DNA of 64,000 nt from the human T2T-CHM13v2.0 reference genome, Homo sapiens: NCBI RefSeq assembly GCF_009914755.1, contig NC_060927.1, one strand, 5' to 3'. The notes under the pieces were generated by a model. The model made no database searches and was not told the origin of the DNA. It saw only the letters and a program-made list of their open reading frames with translations. Shown here in pieces: positions 41,359 through 61,214 of this stretch. Each line of letters starts with the position of its first letter. The stretch's first letter is position 1. The position numbers and the translations under genes were made by a program.

Positions 41359-44300
41359 AAAGAAACTATTCTCTATTATTAAAATAACTGTATCTTTATA
41401 GTCAAAATACTTCGTAGTATACAATATAAACTTATGTCTTAATTTTGGTAATTGTTGTAAAATGATTATTCTGAAAAGGAGCATTGAGAAAAGAATGGTA
41501 ATCAAGTTTTGAAAGTAGAAACTTGAGCTGGAATTGACATAAGAATATCAAGGTAAATGGAAAATTAGCAAAGTCTAACATATCACTTAGTTACACTTAG
41601 AAGATTTTCTATACTTGATTGAAGTGAGATTGCATCTAAAACAAATGAGATAGTACAGTTATTGATTAGTCATCTTAATTCATAAATCTTTACTTGTAAT
41701 AGAAATAAGGTGATAAAATGCCACTTCAAATTAACTTAATTATTACTCAAAACATTTAGAACAGGTGACAAAATAGCCTGGAAAAAAAAAAGTACTATTT
41801 AGTCAAACATTTTAACCACATCCGTTTGTTTCAGGTTATTCTGGGTTTTTAAAATTTCCCATGCTTACTCATACCTATAAACTAGTTTCTGTCATTCAGT
41901 TGATTTTTATAATTATATTAGGTTTTGTTGAATAACTTAACATATTGATAATTATATTTTAACTTTCTCAGTAATTTATAAATCAACATGTTCTTACGAA
42001 GCATTTATTCAAGAGTTTATATATGGCTAACCGATTAAAGACATTCAGAGGTAATGTTTTGGCTATAAAAAAAGCAGCAAGGAAGGGTTATTAAATCTCA
42101 CACTCACTTGACTTAAAGTCTATAGCCCCCATGGAAGAATGTAAAATTGTAAAAAGCAAACCAACCTCTGCAATGTTTTCCTTAACGTATTGCTTGCACC
42201 TGTATATAATTGTAAGCTCCCAAAGCATTACTAAATAGGTCAAAGGTTATAAAGTTATAAACATAGAATAGCCCTTGAAACCCAGAATACTAGTGTCTCA
42301 TTTTAACCATACACTACTCAATCTGTGCCTACAATTAGCAATGCAAAGAATGTTAGCCGGCCCGTCATGGTCATGCCTTGCCTGGTATCCAGAGGCACGA
42401 AAGAAGTCTTGATCATGGGACCCTTCAAGGAAGCTGTGCAACAAAACAGAAATCAGGGCCAAGGAGACATATCAAAGCCCTGGAATTTTCCTTAACTCTG
42501 CAGAAGTTTTGTGAAATTCACCCTAAGGGAGGGGATACAGGAAATTGGGTAATATTTTGCAAAGACCATTAAACCCTTGTGTCTCTCAATAACTCTACAC
42601 ATATAAGGCCTAGAATTCCAAGAAATTAGATGATGTAAACTTAATATATTGAATCTTTGAGACAAATAGATGAACACATTTATTTTGTTATTCATAATGG
42701 CTTAGACTTAAAATGTTAACATTTTAAAATACAGCTGCATGAAATAAGAAGCAATGAAAAAAAGACAAGGTGAAGGAAAAATGAGACACAATAACAAAGT
42801 ATGACAAGAGGGTGGAAAAAATGCCAATTTTATTTGCATTATTTGAAGTCTATTCTGGCAAATGAATTAAATGTGAGCTACGTATAAACTTGTAAGTCAT
42901 TAATACTGTAGCATAAAGCCAATGTCCCAAAATATAAGCAAGGCAGTCAAACATGAAAGAGTTGAATCAATAAACACGTCCCAAAGTAAGTGCTATAAAC
43001 AACTATAGTTAATGAATGTATCAGATGTTCACTAATATTTTTCTGAAAAATCTAACTGGCATTTAGCTTAAAAGAAGTGTACACTTCTTTCTTTATGGAC
43101 ATTTAAACAGCTAACTTCAACTTTCCCATAAAATCCTTTGCAAAAATTGATGTTACACTTCATATGCATTCTACATTGAAGTTCAAGAAGCATATTTGTC
43201 CCATATCTCCCAATAACACCATCTTTCGAATGTCCAATCATCCAATTGTTCACATTTTAAAGAGACAGCCTGTGGAAATGCAGTCATACTCAATTTGACA
43301 AAAAGATGCCAATGTTCCCACTATATTAAATGCCACATAGAAGCAAATTGAAACCCAGTCCAACAACAAAGGATGACTGGAAGCTTATTTCTACTCAGAG
43401 AAAACTACTTCGGTCCCCTATGCCCACCAACCTTAATTACTAAACTGCATTGAAACTCCCATGTGTTCACTCTGATATTGTGGAGAAATGGGATGGAAGT
43501 ATGAGAAATGAACAGATTTTAAATTCCTGAGAGGCATTTCCTAACGCCTGCCCAAGGATGAAGTGAGATATCTCAATATGAATTTTGAATGAATATGTAT
43601 ATATAAAATAACTGGAATAATAATAATATCACAACTCATACTTCAACAGAAAATAGTTACAATTGATTTTCATTTTATAAATTCCAGATAAATGTAAGGA
43701 TTTAATTACATGGTATATTATTTTTCAAATCCACATGACTTTTAAAGATGGGTATAAACCATTCTATACTCTGATACGTAACATTCAGTCACAATAAAAT
43801 CAAGACACAAGGTACTTTTCCAAACATTTCTGCATCATCCTTTGCATGCATATGGTGATATCATTGTACATATATGTCCTTTTGTGTGTCCATTTTGGGA
43901 AGTTTTCCAGCGCACAATGAGTCACTGTATCTTATAAAAAATTTAGGATTATGACATCATGTAATGGTAACACTAAATTCTTCAGTTTGTTGAAGAGGGT
44001 TCGTAATAGACTAGTTCAACATCTGAAATAAATTATATACATAAAAATCTTAAGTTTGGAAATATTTTGGCTTCATGTAGTTTTGCTCTTCATTTTGGAT
44101 GTATCTATCCTCTGTCTTGTGTCTAGAATGCTGCCATTTAATCTGATAGCATAACCAATCAATCTCTCTGCCTTGGTGATTGCCTGAGTAACAAGCCTGG
44201 TTTGAGTCACAGATGGCACAGGAGATGAAGTTTCTAGTCATTTCCAGACATATGCAAACCCCATAATTCTCCTTTACTTTCTATCACTGTATATTCTCAT

Positions 44301-46839
44301 GTTGATGGAGATATTTAAAAATGCTATCTCAAATATACTGAAAGTATACACTAGTCATCTGCATTTCCCTTCACAAGTGTGTTTTGCAGGTGGTAGACAA
44401 ATGAGAAACACAATGACTAGTTATCCCCATCTTCCAGATGGTTCCTCTTCTGTGAATATGATGATGGTGACACCACCAACATTCCATATTAACGTATATT
44501 ATTCCAAAGTTTATGAACTACAATCCTGTTCATTTTATGTCCTTACTTGCTTCAGTTTTCCCCAAATCCCGCCTATACAACTTTTTATTCCTGCATTGTA
44601 CTTGCTGAATTTGAAAAGAAAGGGGAAAATTTAAATACACTAATACTTGATTTTGATACAAATGTTTCCATTTTGTTGAATGGGTTATAATTTCTAGTGT
44701 AGTGACATGTCTCTTTGCAGTTATATAGTTTTTTTCTTTTTTATGTAGTCATATTTTTTACATATTATTGATGTAAATTGAATTCAGATGGACATAAATG
44801 AGAACACCCTAACCATTCAAAATGAAACAAAAGAATGCCTAACTGTATTTTTGTATAAAAATACAGCTTAAATAGTAATTTTCTTAAAGATTCAGTTAAC
44901 TCTCTATGACAAACTAAAATAACCAAATTTATTTTTAAGATTCCTAAGTATTTTCCCTTGAAAGTAAAACAGCCAATCTTCCTCCGTTTTCAAACTTTGC
45001 ACCTGATAATAATAGGGTAAAAAACACCATTTCCTTTTCTTAGTGAAAGGTTTAAAAGTCCTGAAAGTACATTCCCCTGATACTTGTAATTTACTATTAT
45101 TACTGCACTTCTGAAACTAAGGAAATCCTTTGGAATGACCTCAGTTTTTATTCTTTTCTGAATTACCAGCTTTGATGGTATATCATAACTCCCAATGTTA
45201 AGTTTAAAGATAGAACTTCCAACTTTAAAACATAAGCCACAGTTATTGAGATGAAAGAAAAAAATAAAAAACAGAACATTGCCACTCGATATTCAGCATT
45301 CATGCTTCAGAACATTCTAAACTTACGATTTCTTTAGATACGTGTGCATGTGTGTTGCTGTGTGTTTGTGTTTTCCTAATTGCAAACTTGAGTATAGAGT
45401 TTGCCCAGTTGCAATCTTGGATAAAAATCTGGAAATGTTTGAAATCAAGGAGGCCAGATGCAGAAACCCAGTTGAACAATCAATCTTTCCTTACATTCAA
45501 AACCTCTGTTATTGGACCCGCTTCCTTTAGCATTCTACAGCTGCCCAGTAAAATGACCTTCACCCTTCTGCGCCTATATATTGCTATTGTTAACACTGAG
45601 TATTTTATTTCTCCTCACCTGTTATTGTCCTTTTATATCTCGACCTTTTTTTTTCCAATTTCTACTCAGTTTAGATTGCACTCAAAGTGTGTAGAACCCA
45701 AATAAATATAATGTGTGTTATTTTTCTCATTTGTATAGTAGAATCATCTTATTAAGCCCCCAAAATAATTTAGCGGTCTTTTTTTCACATCAGGAAATAT
45801 AAAACTTTGACAAGGACATTCAATGTTGTTGTAAGGAAGTAACAAACAACATGTCTTTCAATGAAATGCAAGAGACTACGAAAATTTCAAAAGAAAGGAA
45901 AATGTAGAACTATCCAGAATATTTAATCTAAGTCCAGGTGAAATCATTTTTTTTTTTTAGATAATAAAAAAATCCCTAGAATGTTCAAGTGCCTTCATAG
46001 TAGAAGTACAAAGATACATTAAAAACATTCTTCCTTATTAAAATAATAAAAACATTAAAAAATCACACCATTTGGTGACAGTACCATTTGTCTCAATTTC
46101 AAGACTATATCCTCAAGCAGATAAACCAATATATTTGGTGTTTTGGTTTGGAATTTAATGAAGGCCATAGTAATTAGCATTAAAACAGTAAAATAGCAAA
46201 CCACTAGCCAGAATATGTGGGGGTTTTATGTGTGAGAGAGAGGGAGGGAAGGAGGGAGAGAGGTTTGAAATTAGACTTGCTCTGAGAATTTCATTAGTGG
46301 AGGCAAAGTAAACTTTTAAACCAATGGATGTCTCTTTATTTTCCTTTAGGTGAAATGTTTACCACTTTTACTGTCTCCCTCTTGGTATTAAGGCACAGTT
46401 GTAGCTCCTTCCACCTAGAGAGATGTAAGCTTGGGCTTGATCTGGGTGTTATATAGTACCATAGATAATTCTCAACAGCTGAGCTGCCTGATTTATCTTT
46501 TACCATTTTCTCAAAACTTTTGGTTAAATAATACATTTTATGAAATACAAAAATAATATGCAAGAAATAAATATTGTGACTGGAGGGATAACATTTCCAG
46601 AACCACAACTTGAACTTTGTTTTATGATGTGTTAACCCAATAACATACTTTGTTAGGGTGAAAATGTTTCCTGTTACCAAAGGGCATTGTAATAAACAGG
46701 TTATTACAGCCTATGTCACATAGGCTGAGATATTATTTTCTACCTATGTCCATCAACAGGAAGAGATGCAGTTTCAATAGTTAAATGGTCTCTCTGAAGG
46801 TACACATTTACAGAAGAACAAAAAAAAAATTGACCTTGA

Positions 46840-47185
<346 letters not shown>

Positions 47186-48941
47186 TACCTCCTTTTCATA
47201 TCTAACCATTTGCCTCGTTTATGCTTGTGGTCTTGTAAGGACACAGATGTTTCAAATCTGATCCCCAATATACTTAAGTCCCTCTCTTTCATTTAATCAA
47301 CATCAGGACTGTTTAATCTCTATAGTATTCTCTTACTATGCAACCTAGTATTTTCTTGGTTACTTGTTTATTCTGGAAGCTGATATACTATCCAGTGTTA
47401 AAGCTCTCCCATATTGTACTCTCGACACCTCTCTCTACTGTGGACCCACTCACTTACATATATGCTCTGACTGTCCCTAGAACACATCTTTCTTTTATCA
47501 TTTACTAAAACTTGTCTCTATTCAAAGAACAAATCCCACAACCTTCTTAAAGAGTGCTTAATTTTCTATATTCCTTGTTCTTTGGGATTGAGAACTATGG
47601 TCCACATTCTTTTTGTTCCATGCTTCTACCTCTAGAACATTATCTTGCCACCTTTATTCAAGGCTATTTTTCTTTTCTGAGCTATATCCCATTTGGTTAT
47701 ACTACTTTTCCCCTATGCTGTCATCTAATTCTCTCCAGGTCACTACCCACATTATCAGAAGACATTGAACTATTCTATATTTTCTCCTTACACTATCTCT
47801 TGCCATTATCCTGAGGGATTTCAATATCCATGTGAAAAGAATATTATAAACCTGCCCTCAGAGTACTAAAAAATGGATGCCTACCACTACATTTGAACCT
47901 TGACATCAGCTTTAACTCCACCTTAACTAAATTAATGTCCTCAATATATCGGTTTGTTATTCCATATTGATAACTATTTTAATCCATTGAGACCCTGACT
48001 GCTCAAATCTCCATTCTCCCAACCACTTAGACTCAAAATTTGATTTAATCACAACACTGCTTAGCAATGCTTTGAACTTTTGCCTCCTTTGAATTTCCCA
48101 TGATATTAATAGAAACTTTCATCATGTTGGCCCCTAACTGGCACCTAATCATAGTAAACTGGATCGTTCACAATATAACCAATGCAGTCTCCTCTTCTAC
48201 CTCCCTCTCCAACCTTTTAGTATTTTCCAGCTCCCGTGTTATTTATGAAATAACACTCTTTCCCTTCTTCACCTGGTAATTTCAAAAATCATCTTCCAGA
48301 ATCTACCTTAAGCCCATACCTTTTATTATGTTTTTCATTGCTCTCCCAAAAATTTGGAACTTCTTCAACACAGTGTTATAACGCTTACCAGATATGGTAA
48401 TTTTTCAATTATATACTTCTCCTTCGTGCCCCCAAAACACCCCAGTGGAGCGTGAGATTTCAACAACAAGGGCTATTTCAATCACATTTACATCTTCAAT
48501 GCATAGCACAATATCAGTCTTATTGCAGGTTGTAAATAGATTATTGTTATATAAATCCTTGTGAATTCTGGTTACTTTTGGGCACACTACCACATACCTT
48601 CAGAAAGATTGTTATAGTTTGAAATTATCTAGATTCTCCATATGATACATACTCCTGTGATAGCCCACCATAAATGGCCCCAAGTTTTTTGAAATATAGA
48701 ATCAAGAAGTTTAATTACTTATGCCAAATATTTAAGAGGAGGAGAATACACTTCTCTACCCTGCAAAGCTGATTTGAGAAATTAAGACTAGTTGATTCTA
48801 AGTTCTTAATTTTTTATTCAGAATTGTAGAAACAATAACAGAATCTGTTAAATTGAAATTCAAAATTGAAACATAAGAAAATAGTTCAGATAATTTGAAC
48901 TGAATACCCCCGTATATCCTACTGTCTTGAAAGTGATTGCC

Positions 48942-52465
<3,524 letters not shown>

Positions 52466-55400
52466 AAACGTGATTGTCTCACAAATGCTTCTTGAAAAAG
52501 AAGGTAAAATGGATGAATCAACGAATAGTCCATACCTTGCTTTAAAAAAAAATCATACCCATGAAGTTTTTGTGCTTATTTTGTTTCAGTGTTACATAGT
52601 TATTATTTATAACCGGTAAGATAACAAACATGTAAATCTCTTTCAGAAGAAAAAAGAAAAACAGCCAGTTTGACTCTTAATGAAAGCGGAATCATTTCTA
52701 TACCACTCTCCCAAAACAATAATTAAAAAAGAACAAAACAACTAAACTCTGAGAATTATGGATTTGGTGGATTTAGATAACGGTGAAACTAACATTTCAT
52801 ATGTATAAATATTAAGTTTTTTTAATTAAAATGTTTTGGTTACATATAAATATATAGAAATAAAAGTTGAAGGAGACAGAAAAAGACACAAGCAAGTATG
52901 AAATCCATATATGCAAATTTGAAAGCTACAACTAAACATCTAATCTGCTTTCGGGCAATCCAGTTGAAGAATGGAATTAAAATATTTTCAAACTCATTCT
53001 ATAGGGATGGGGAAACGTCCCTCTTATCAAACTGTCAAAAAATTTCTTATAAGAAGCATTACATAAGACACATGAATGCTAACACAGATACGTTTATTAC
53101 CTTAAGAGTTAAAATGAAACTCAATAATGCATTAATACTCAATTTTCCTTAGCATAGAGAGTATAAAATATGCAAATTAACCATCTTTTATATAATTTCA
53201 CATTTATAACACATAGTTGAGCAATCATCAGATATACAAACCTTAAATAATTAATGATAATATTCTATGTGTAGACTCTGCCATAGAAAGACAACTTCAA
53301 GATGTCATTTCATTTCTAGAAGGAAATATTTAAAAGTCCATTCACTGGGGTGACCTGAGGGACATCAAGTGCTAACCCAAACCTTTCATGTTGTATCTAA
53401 CTTGCCCAATCATGAACAGGTTTTGTGGGATGTGTAGGAAGCAAAACTTACATAGATTTCCAATTGAAATGGAATTGCATTATCTTAAAGGAATTTAAGG
53501 ACACTAGTTTAGTTTCAGGCCAAATTTCAACATGGAATTTCAGTTATACTAAAACAGACATGGCCTTTGGGAGTCAGAATAGTCTCCTTTGAGAGAGACC
53601 TTAAATTTTAAAAGAACTCAGAAACCCGTGATAAGTGCAGAAATTATTGACTTCTATTCAGAAACAAATGCACCATAATCTTTTTGCTTGTTATTCCCCA
53701 TCTTTTGTAGATACTCCAAAAGGTGTTCAAACTGTAAAATGTAAAACACAACACACTCTTTTTGGTATATTTAATCTTATGAAAACAAGTTTTAAACCTA
53801 TGAATTTACATCAGGACAATTGAAAATGTTGTGTTACAATTTTTGAAAGCAAATTTAATTGTTAAGACTCATAAAATCCCGAAGTCTAATTCTCAGTTCT
53901 GTTTTTGTTTTAATGTTTGTTTTTGATTACGTTATTTTCAAATACAAAATGTAGTTGGTATTCAGAAGAACCTCCTGAATTTAATTCTCTTTCCTCTGCA
54001 AGGCTAACCAGATAGCCTAATTACACATTTTTTAGGAACTGCATAAAGTATAAACATTCAAAATAAACTGTTGGAAATATTCACTTGAACTCAATTTCCT
54101 TTTAAGTAGTCTAGTTTAGCCCAGTGCTCTTCAATGGGTCATTTGTTATGTCAACCCACTATAGAGTACATCAAAAGAGCCTGTCACTAATTGATTACAT
54201 TTCTCTACCACCATGATTCACAGTGCTATAGGGACAATTACATAACTGTTTGACTTTTGCAAAACTGTGAGTTTAAGTAAACACAATTCTTTGTTATTAT
54301 GATCTCTAGTGGGCATATGCTCAGTAAGTATCATGGTATGTAACCAGATCTTGCTACATTGTCTATCTGACTTGTGACTCACACAAAAACTCCCTCTTTT
54401 GCAGCAACTGGAGTTCTGGGGAACAGCTGCTGATCTCACTCTGAAATTAAAAACATTTGAGTTGTTTTGATTTATGTTAGCTCCCATGGGAAGAAAGAAA
54501 TGAAAAATGGATGCTTCGTGTAAACAAAATACCATTTCTCCAAACTGTAAAAAGAAATTGTTCTAAATATTCTGACATATTTCTTTTATTGAAATATGGT
54601 GAGATCATGTCACTACTATATTGTTAGATGGGAAGATGTCTAACAGTATTCTAATAAGCCAACTGCTAGGATTTTCTTTTAATAAATACTATTCTGGAGG
54701 TACAACTTTACCATATCACCTCTGAAATTCAAATCTATGTAATATAGCATCATGTTGTCATGGAATGCAACTAGCAATGAAGATCATTAAAGTGATACAC
54801 TCTTTTGAAAGCCCAAGCAAAGGAGTTTCTCTTTTCTAAAGAGAAAGTTCAATGTCTGGGACTTTAATGTTTCACTATATGTGAAATAATTTGATCAGGA
54901 ATTAGTGAAATAGAGAAATACTATTCTCAAAGTGATAATGAATTGACTATATATTTTTGTGATATGGATTTAAAAAAAAATATCAGTTTCTTTTATATAC
55001 CTCTGGGTAGAGAGAGGCAGGTTCTTTTATGGTTAGAATTCTCTTAGGATCTTGTGAAAACAGATTATGAAGAGCAATCTATAACCAGGCCAGCGGGCAT
55101 GATTGATTGGCAACATACGAACAAAAAGTCTTTGGGTTTAAAGGTACGTTTCTCTCCTCCTCCACGTAGCTCATTGTACACTCTTTACTGCATTTTTTTT
55201 TCTTTTTAAAAATGGTCTGTAACCCTGGTGAGCTTGTGAGGGATCAAATACATTATAGATGATAATATGCCTCCCCTCAGGAGGCAGGGTTTAAGAAGTC
55301 AGATTTTTTCAGTAGTCCTTGCTGTCTGTTTCTCTATTTTATGGTCCCTTTGAAAAGACTGAACCATTCTTTTTAGCAACTAGTAATGAAATATTACTTT

Positions 55401-56895
55401 AACATAGGGATAGAATTTCTTTTTCTTATTTTGGGGATGTTCTGAAACAGAATGCCAGATTATCCTGAAACTTCTTTTAAAACAGTTGTAAATTCACCAG
55501 TCCATAAAGTTGTTTTGGGTTTATTTTAATGGGTGCAAAGTAGAAAAACCAAGTTTTAAATAATTTAAAATTAAGATATTACAAGTACAAGTTCTTCATG
55601 TAAACAGATACTCAATTATTTTTAATAACTAGAAAAATAATTTGGATTTTATTTATATTACTGAAGGAATTTACTAATTGAGTAATCTAGGAAGGAGTTC
55701 ATTATTTTCCATTTTCAACTTTTTTGAAGGAGAAAATTACAGGTTAAATCCTGTCACTGCCAAAATGTCTGCATACTACAAAGATTTCAAACACATTTAA
55801 TATAATGAAAATTTAATGGTTGCATAGGATATGAACAGTTCCTTTGAGATCATTGTATTGAGAATACTTCTATGTTTAAATCAAACAAATATAATAAATA
55901 CACACTTCCAAAAAAGCTAAATACTTTTTTGGCACAATTGAACCTTCTATTTCTGTGCATGATGACAACATGGAAGGTCATTTGAGGTAACATAGTTGTA
56001 TTCTTTTTATCATGAAAAATGCCTAACATGAGGTATATTGAAGTTTACATCGCATTTAGCATAGACCAGTATTTCAAATAATTTCTAAAAATAAAATTTA
56101 GAGAAAAGAGCATGAGCTTTGGGGTTATACAGACATAGTTTGAATCCTGGCTGCAACATTAACTAGAGTGTAATGTTCAGTAAATTAAATCTCTGGTCTC
56201 CAAATTCTTCACCAGGAAAGGGATTAACATGTGGCTTATTGGGAACTATGAAGATATTCAAAGTCAAGTCAGCAACTTGACTGAATTCCTGACAAATGTT
56301 GAAGGTGGCTAGTGTCATTTTCGTTTATTATATAAATAAGCTATGCATGCTGTAATATATGCTCTTGCAGATGTACTAATAAATGTTAACAATTAATACT
56401 ATTAACGTTGCTTGCTTGATATGAGATTTGAAAATAAAGATATTATATAAAGTGTTTGCCAATAATATATTCATTTTGGAGGAAATATTCTGCCTGAGAT
56501 AAAATAATAATTTTTAATTGAGATAATTTATGAGAAAACAAGACTTTTTAAAGCGTGTGTTGATGAAATCTTTCCAATTCAATGAAATCCATCGAAAAGT
56601 TGAAGGGAGAGTTTAGAATTGAAAATAAAAATAGTGAAGTGTAGTTAATTAACCAAGGAATGAAAATGAAAAGTTGTTTTAAATATCAACTCAAGAAACA
56701 CTAAAAAAAAAAAAAATTGGCTCCAGAAAGTCTACTAAATTCTCTTAAAGATATTCAAACTTTCAGAATATTAACGATATAAAAAAGGAAATAGAATCAA
56801 AGTAATACCTGTGAAATACTTATTTAATACCTGAAATATTAAATAAATATTTCATTTTGAAATGAGATAAATGCCTTACCAAGAATATGTAGTAC

Positions 56896-58203
56896 TGAGA
56901 GGTGACAGCGTGCTGGCAGCCCTCAGCCCTTGCTCGCTCTGGGCATCTCCTCTGCCTGGGCTCCCACTTTGGCGGCACTTGAGGAGCCCCTCAGCCCACC
57001 GCTGCAGTGTGGGAGCCCCTTCCTGGGCTGGCCAAGGCCGAGCCGGCTCCCTCAGCTAGCAGGGAGGTGTGGGGGGAGAGGCGTGAGCGGGAACTGCGGC
57101 TGCGCTCGGCGCTTGCGGGCCAGCTGGAGTTCCGGGTGGGCGTGGGCTTGGCGGGTCCTGCACTTGGAGCAGCCCGCCGGCCCTGCCGGCCCCAGGCAAT
57201 GAGGGGCTTAGCACCCAGGCCAGCAGCTGCGGAGCGTGTACTGGGTCCCCCAGCAGTGCCGGCCCACCGGCGCTGCGCTCGATTTCTCACTGGGCGTTAG
57301 CTGCCTTCCCGCGGGGCAGGGCTCGGGACCTGCAGCCCGCCATGCCTGAGCCTCCCACCCCCTCCGTGGGCTCCTGTGCGGCCCCAGCCTCCCCACTGAG
57401 CGCTGACCCCCGCTCCATGGCGCCCAGTCCCATCGACCACCCAAGGGCTGGGGCGTGCAGGCGCACTGCAGTGGGACTGGCAGGCAGCTCCACCTGCAGC
57501 CGGTGGGATCCACTGGGTGAAGCCAGCTGGGCTCCTGAGTCTGGTGGGGAGGTGGAGAACCTTTATGTCTAGCTCAGGGATTGTAAATACACCAATCGGC
57601 ACTCTGTATCTAGCTCAAGGTTTGTAAACACACCAATCAGCACCCTGTGTCTAGCTCAGGGTTTGTGAATGCACCAATCGACACTCTGTAGCTACTCAGG
57701 TGGGGCCTTGGAGAACCTTTATGTCACACTCTGTATCTAGCTAATCTGTTGGGGAGGTGGAGAACCTTTGTGTCTAGCTCAGGGATTGTAAACGCACCAA
57801 TCAGCGCCCTGTCAAAACACACCACTGGGCTCTACCAATCAGCAAGATGTGGGTGGGGCCAGATAAGTGAATAAAAGCAGGCTGCCCGAGCCAGCAGTGG
57901 CAACCCTCTCGGGTCACCTTCCACGCTGTGGAAGCTTTGTTCTTTCGCTCTTTGCAATAAATGTTGCTACTGCTCACTCTTTGGGTCCACGCTGCTTTTA
58001 TGAGCTTTAACACTCATCGCAAAGGTCTGCAGCTTCACTCCTGAGCCAGCGAGACCACGAACCCACCAGAAGAAAAAAACTCCGCAAACATCCGAACATC
58101 AGAAAGAACAAACTCCAGAGCGCCACCTTAAGAGCTGACCGCGAGAGTCCGCGACTTCTTTCTTGAAGTCAGTGAGACCAAGAACCCACCAATTCCGCAC
58201 ACA
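56896..58203 (+). mobile_element. LTR12 (LTR12C-like) ERV9 solo LTR
   Basis: Starts tgagaggtgacagcgtgctggcag, ends aacccaccaattccgcacaca (TG...CA); 4-bp TSD gtac at 56892-56895 and 58204-58207; ~41-bp tandem units in U3. Confidence 0.96.
57560..57900 (+). promoter_or_regulatory. ERV9 LTR enhancer/promoter motifs
   Basis: CCAAT at 57592, 57633, 57674, 57797 and 57835; GT-box gggtgggg 57851; agataa 57861; TATA-equivalent aataaaa 57870. Activity is not shown by sequence. Confidence 0.65.
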
Positions 58204-59889
58204 GTACTGTGAAATGTGACTGAGTATATAGATTTTCAATTTATAAACTGTGTGTTTTACAGACCACCTCCTATGAAAAGACATATGCTCATTCTTTCCT
58301 TTAAGTAATTCCTTTATGTTAAGCAATGCCCCTTATTTGTAACAATTTGAAATTCTAGGTCTAAAGGTGAATGCTTACTTCCAGTGTTTCAACCTCTGTA
58401 GGAGTCTTATTGTGTGAGTTGATATTTGTCATTGCTATGTTTCATTAGCTCACTTAAAACAATTTTATGCATTCCAATAGATGGAAACTTCTAATAAATG
58501 TCCCAGATTAACAATAAAAAACATAATTATTCCAATGGAAGGAAATATATAGTAAATACTCAAAACCAACAATAAAAACGAAAGGTATTTTCCCTTTCTC
58601 CTTCAAAAGCTCATAGTTATTCTTCAGACATACTAAGAGTATACCTAAAGACATTATGAATTGTGCAATATTGGGCTGTGAAGCTGACCTTGGAAACAGC
58701 TTTGGAAAATAAAATATTTCTGACCTCATAAAATCAATATAATAAAATGCTAGTATACAATCATAGTGTTGTAAAATAGATACATGGACTATGTCATCTC
58801 TCTTGACTGTATGTGTTCTACCCACTCACCCACCAGCTACAATATTGTCTTTGTATAAGCTACATTCCACAAGACTCCAATCAGAAGATAAGTAAAACGG
58901 TAAATGAGAACAGATACACCACATAGGGTGTATTTTTGGCTAAAGTAAAATGAAGGGACCAGACGAAATTCCAGGAACTGAATGTTAGTACAGGAACTAT
59001 ACACGCTATCCACATGTCTGGGTAATCTAATCAACCTCTGCTCTCTTTCGCATGCACGACTCTGCTTTCTTAGGAGTATTTCCACATTTATACTGCTCGC
59101 CACCTGATATGGTTCCTTAAGTCAAAGTAACGTGGTGAGAAATGAGAATGATATTCTCTCCAATATACACTCTGCTTGTGAGCACAACTTTGAAAGAAAT
59201 CAAGATTCTTGGAAATATCAGACTATAACATTTGTTTCTATTTGGTCCATGATGATTTTAGGGATAGGTATGTCATAAGTGTATTTGCTTTTTGAAATTA
59301 TTTTACTAAATTGAAATCTCTCCCTAATTCTCTAATTTGGAACTCTGTTATTTTATACATTCTGTGTAGGGGTAGCCCTTTCAATCAAATTGTGATCAGT
59401 TGCTCAAAGGAGTCAGTTTGGTCATTCTTCCCCTTCAAATTCATTTTGACTTAATTGATGAAACACATGAAGTATTATATATTTAGACACTAAAAAATCG
59501 TTGTTTTAAAATTAGAAATATTGCAAGAGAAAGAGTTTTTCCGTGTTCTTTGAATTTTAATTTGTACGTACAACATTGTGTAATTATGTATAATGGAAAT
59601 TAACCTTTCAGAAAAAGAGAAGAGAGTATATCAGTCATTATTGCCTAAATTGACATCATATTAAAAAAAAAGACAGAGAAACTTGGAAATTTAGTACAGT
59701 TAATTAAGTGTGGTATTCAGTTTGATTTGAAATTCTCCTTTTACATTAACTATAGAAAAATTTTAAACCTAATCATGGGTATCCTTTGTGTCACCCGTAT
59801 TTACAAAGAATATTGTCCTATTTTGCTGAGTGTTAATGAAACTAACCAAGAAAGTACATAGCTCAATTTTAAATATTTATTCATTTGTT

Positions 59890-60733
<844 letters not shown>

Positions 60734-61214
60734 CAGTTCTTGGTCAAAGCATAGTTTAATGTAATTCTGAATGTTAGGGATAGGACAGGTAAGAAAAAAG
60801 AAAACTACTGTCAAATGTTCTCATGAAAAGCACACAATGCTTCTAAAAAAATAGTGAACAAATATTTCTTAATAGCCTGCAGTTTTCATTTTTTAAAAAT
60901 GTCCCATTTGTCTTAAACAATAAACTGTAATTTTAGATGGAAAAACCTTTTGATACTATAAAGCATTAAATATACGCAAGAAATCGTTAGTTAATAAAAA
61001 CAAAAGAAGCTCAAATAAGTAATCCAAGTAAACCTGTTTTGGTGTAATTTTATTCTATCCATACGGTGGAGTATTATCAAATGAGTAACTAACTTGGTTA
61101 AAGACTGAATTAATTATGTAATACACTTAATTTAGAATGAGTAATAAAAGTATGCACATACCACAGGAAAATGTCAGGAATTCACATAAAAATTCTACCT
61201 TTCAGTTAAAAAAA

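Noticed and set aside
43918-44215. Two AP-1 sites (tgagtca) and an E-box
   Set aside because: Close to chance expectation for 7-mers in 64 kb without conservation data.
56871-57602. Many overlapping GC-rich ORFs suggesting a gene's first exon
   Set aside because: Stop-poor U3 region of LTR12.
58837-59103. 88-aa minus-strand ORF near a donor-like actcacc
   Set aside because: GTG start, weak acceptor, stop codon before the donor, and no recognisable homology.
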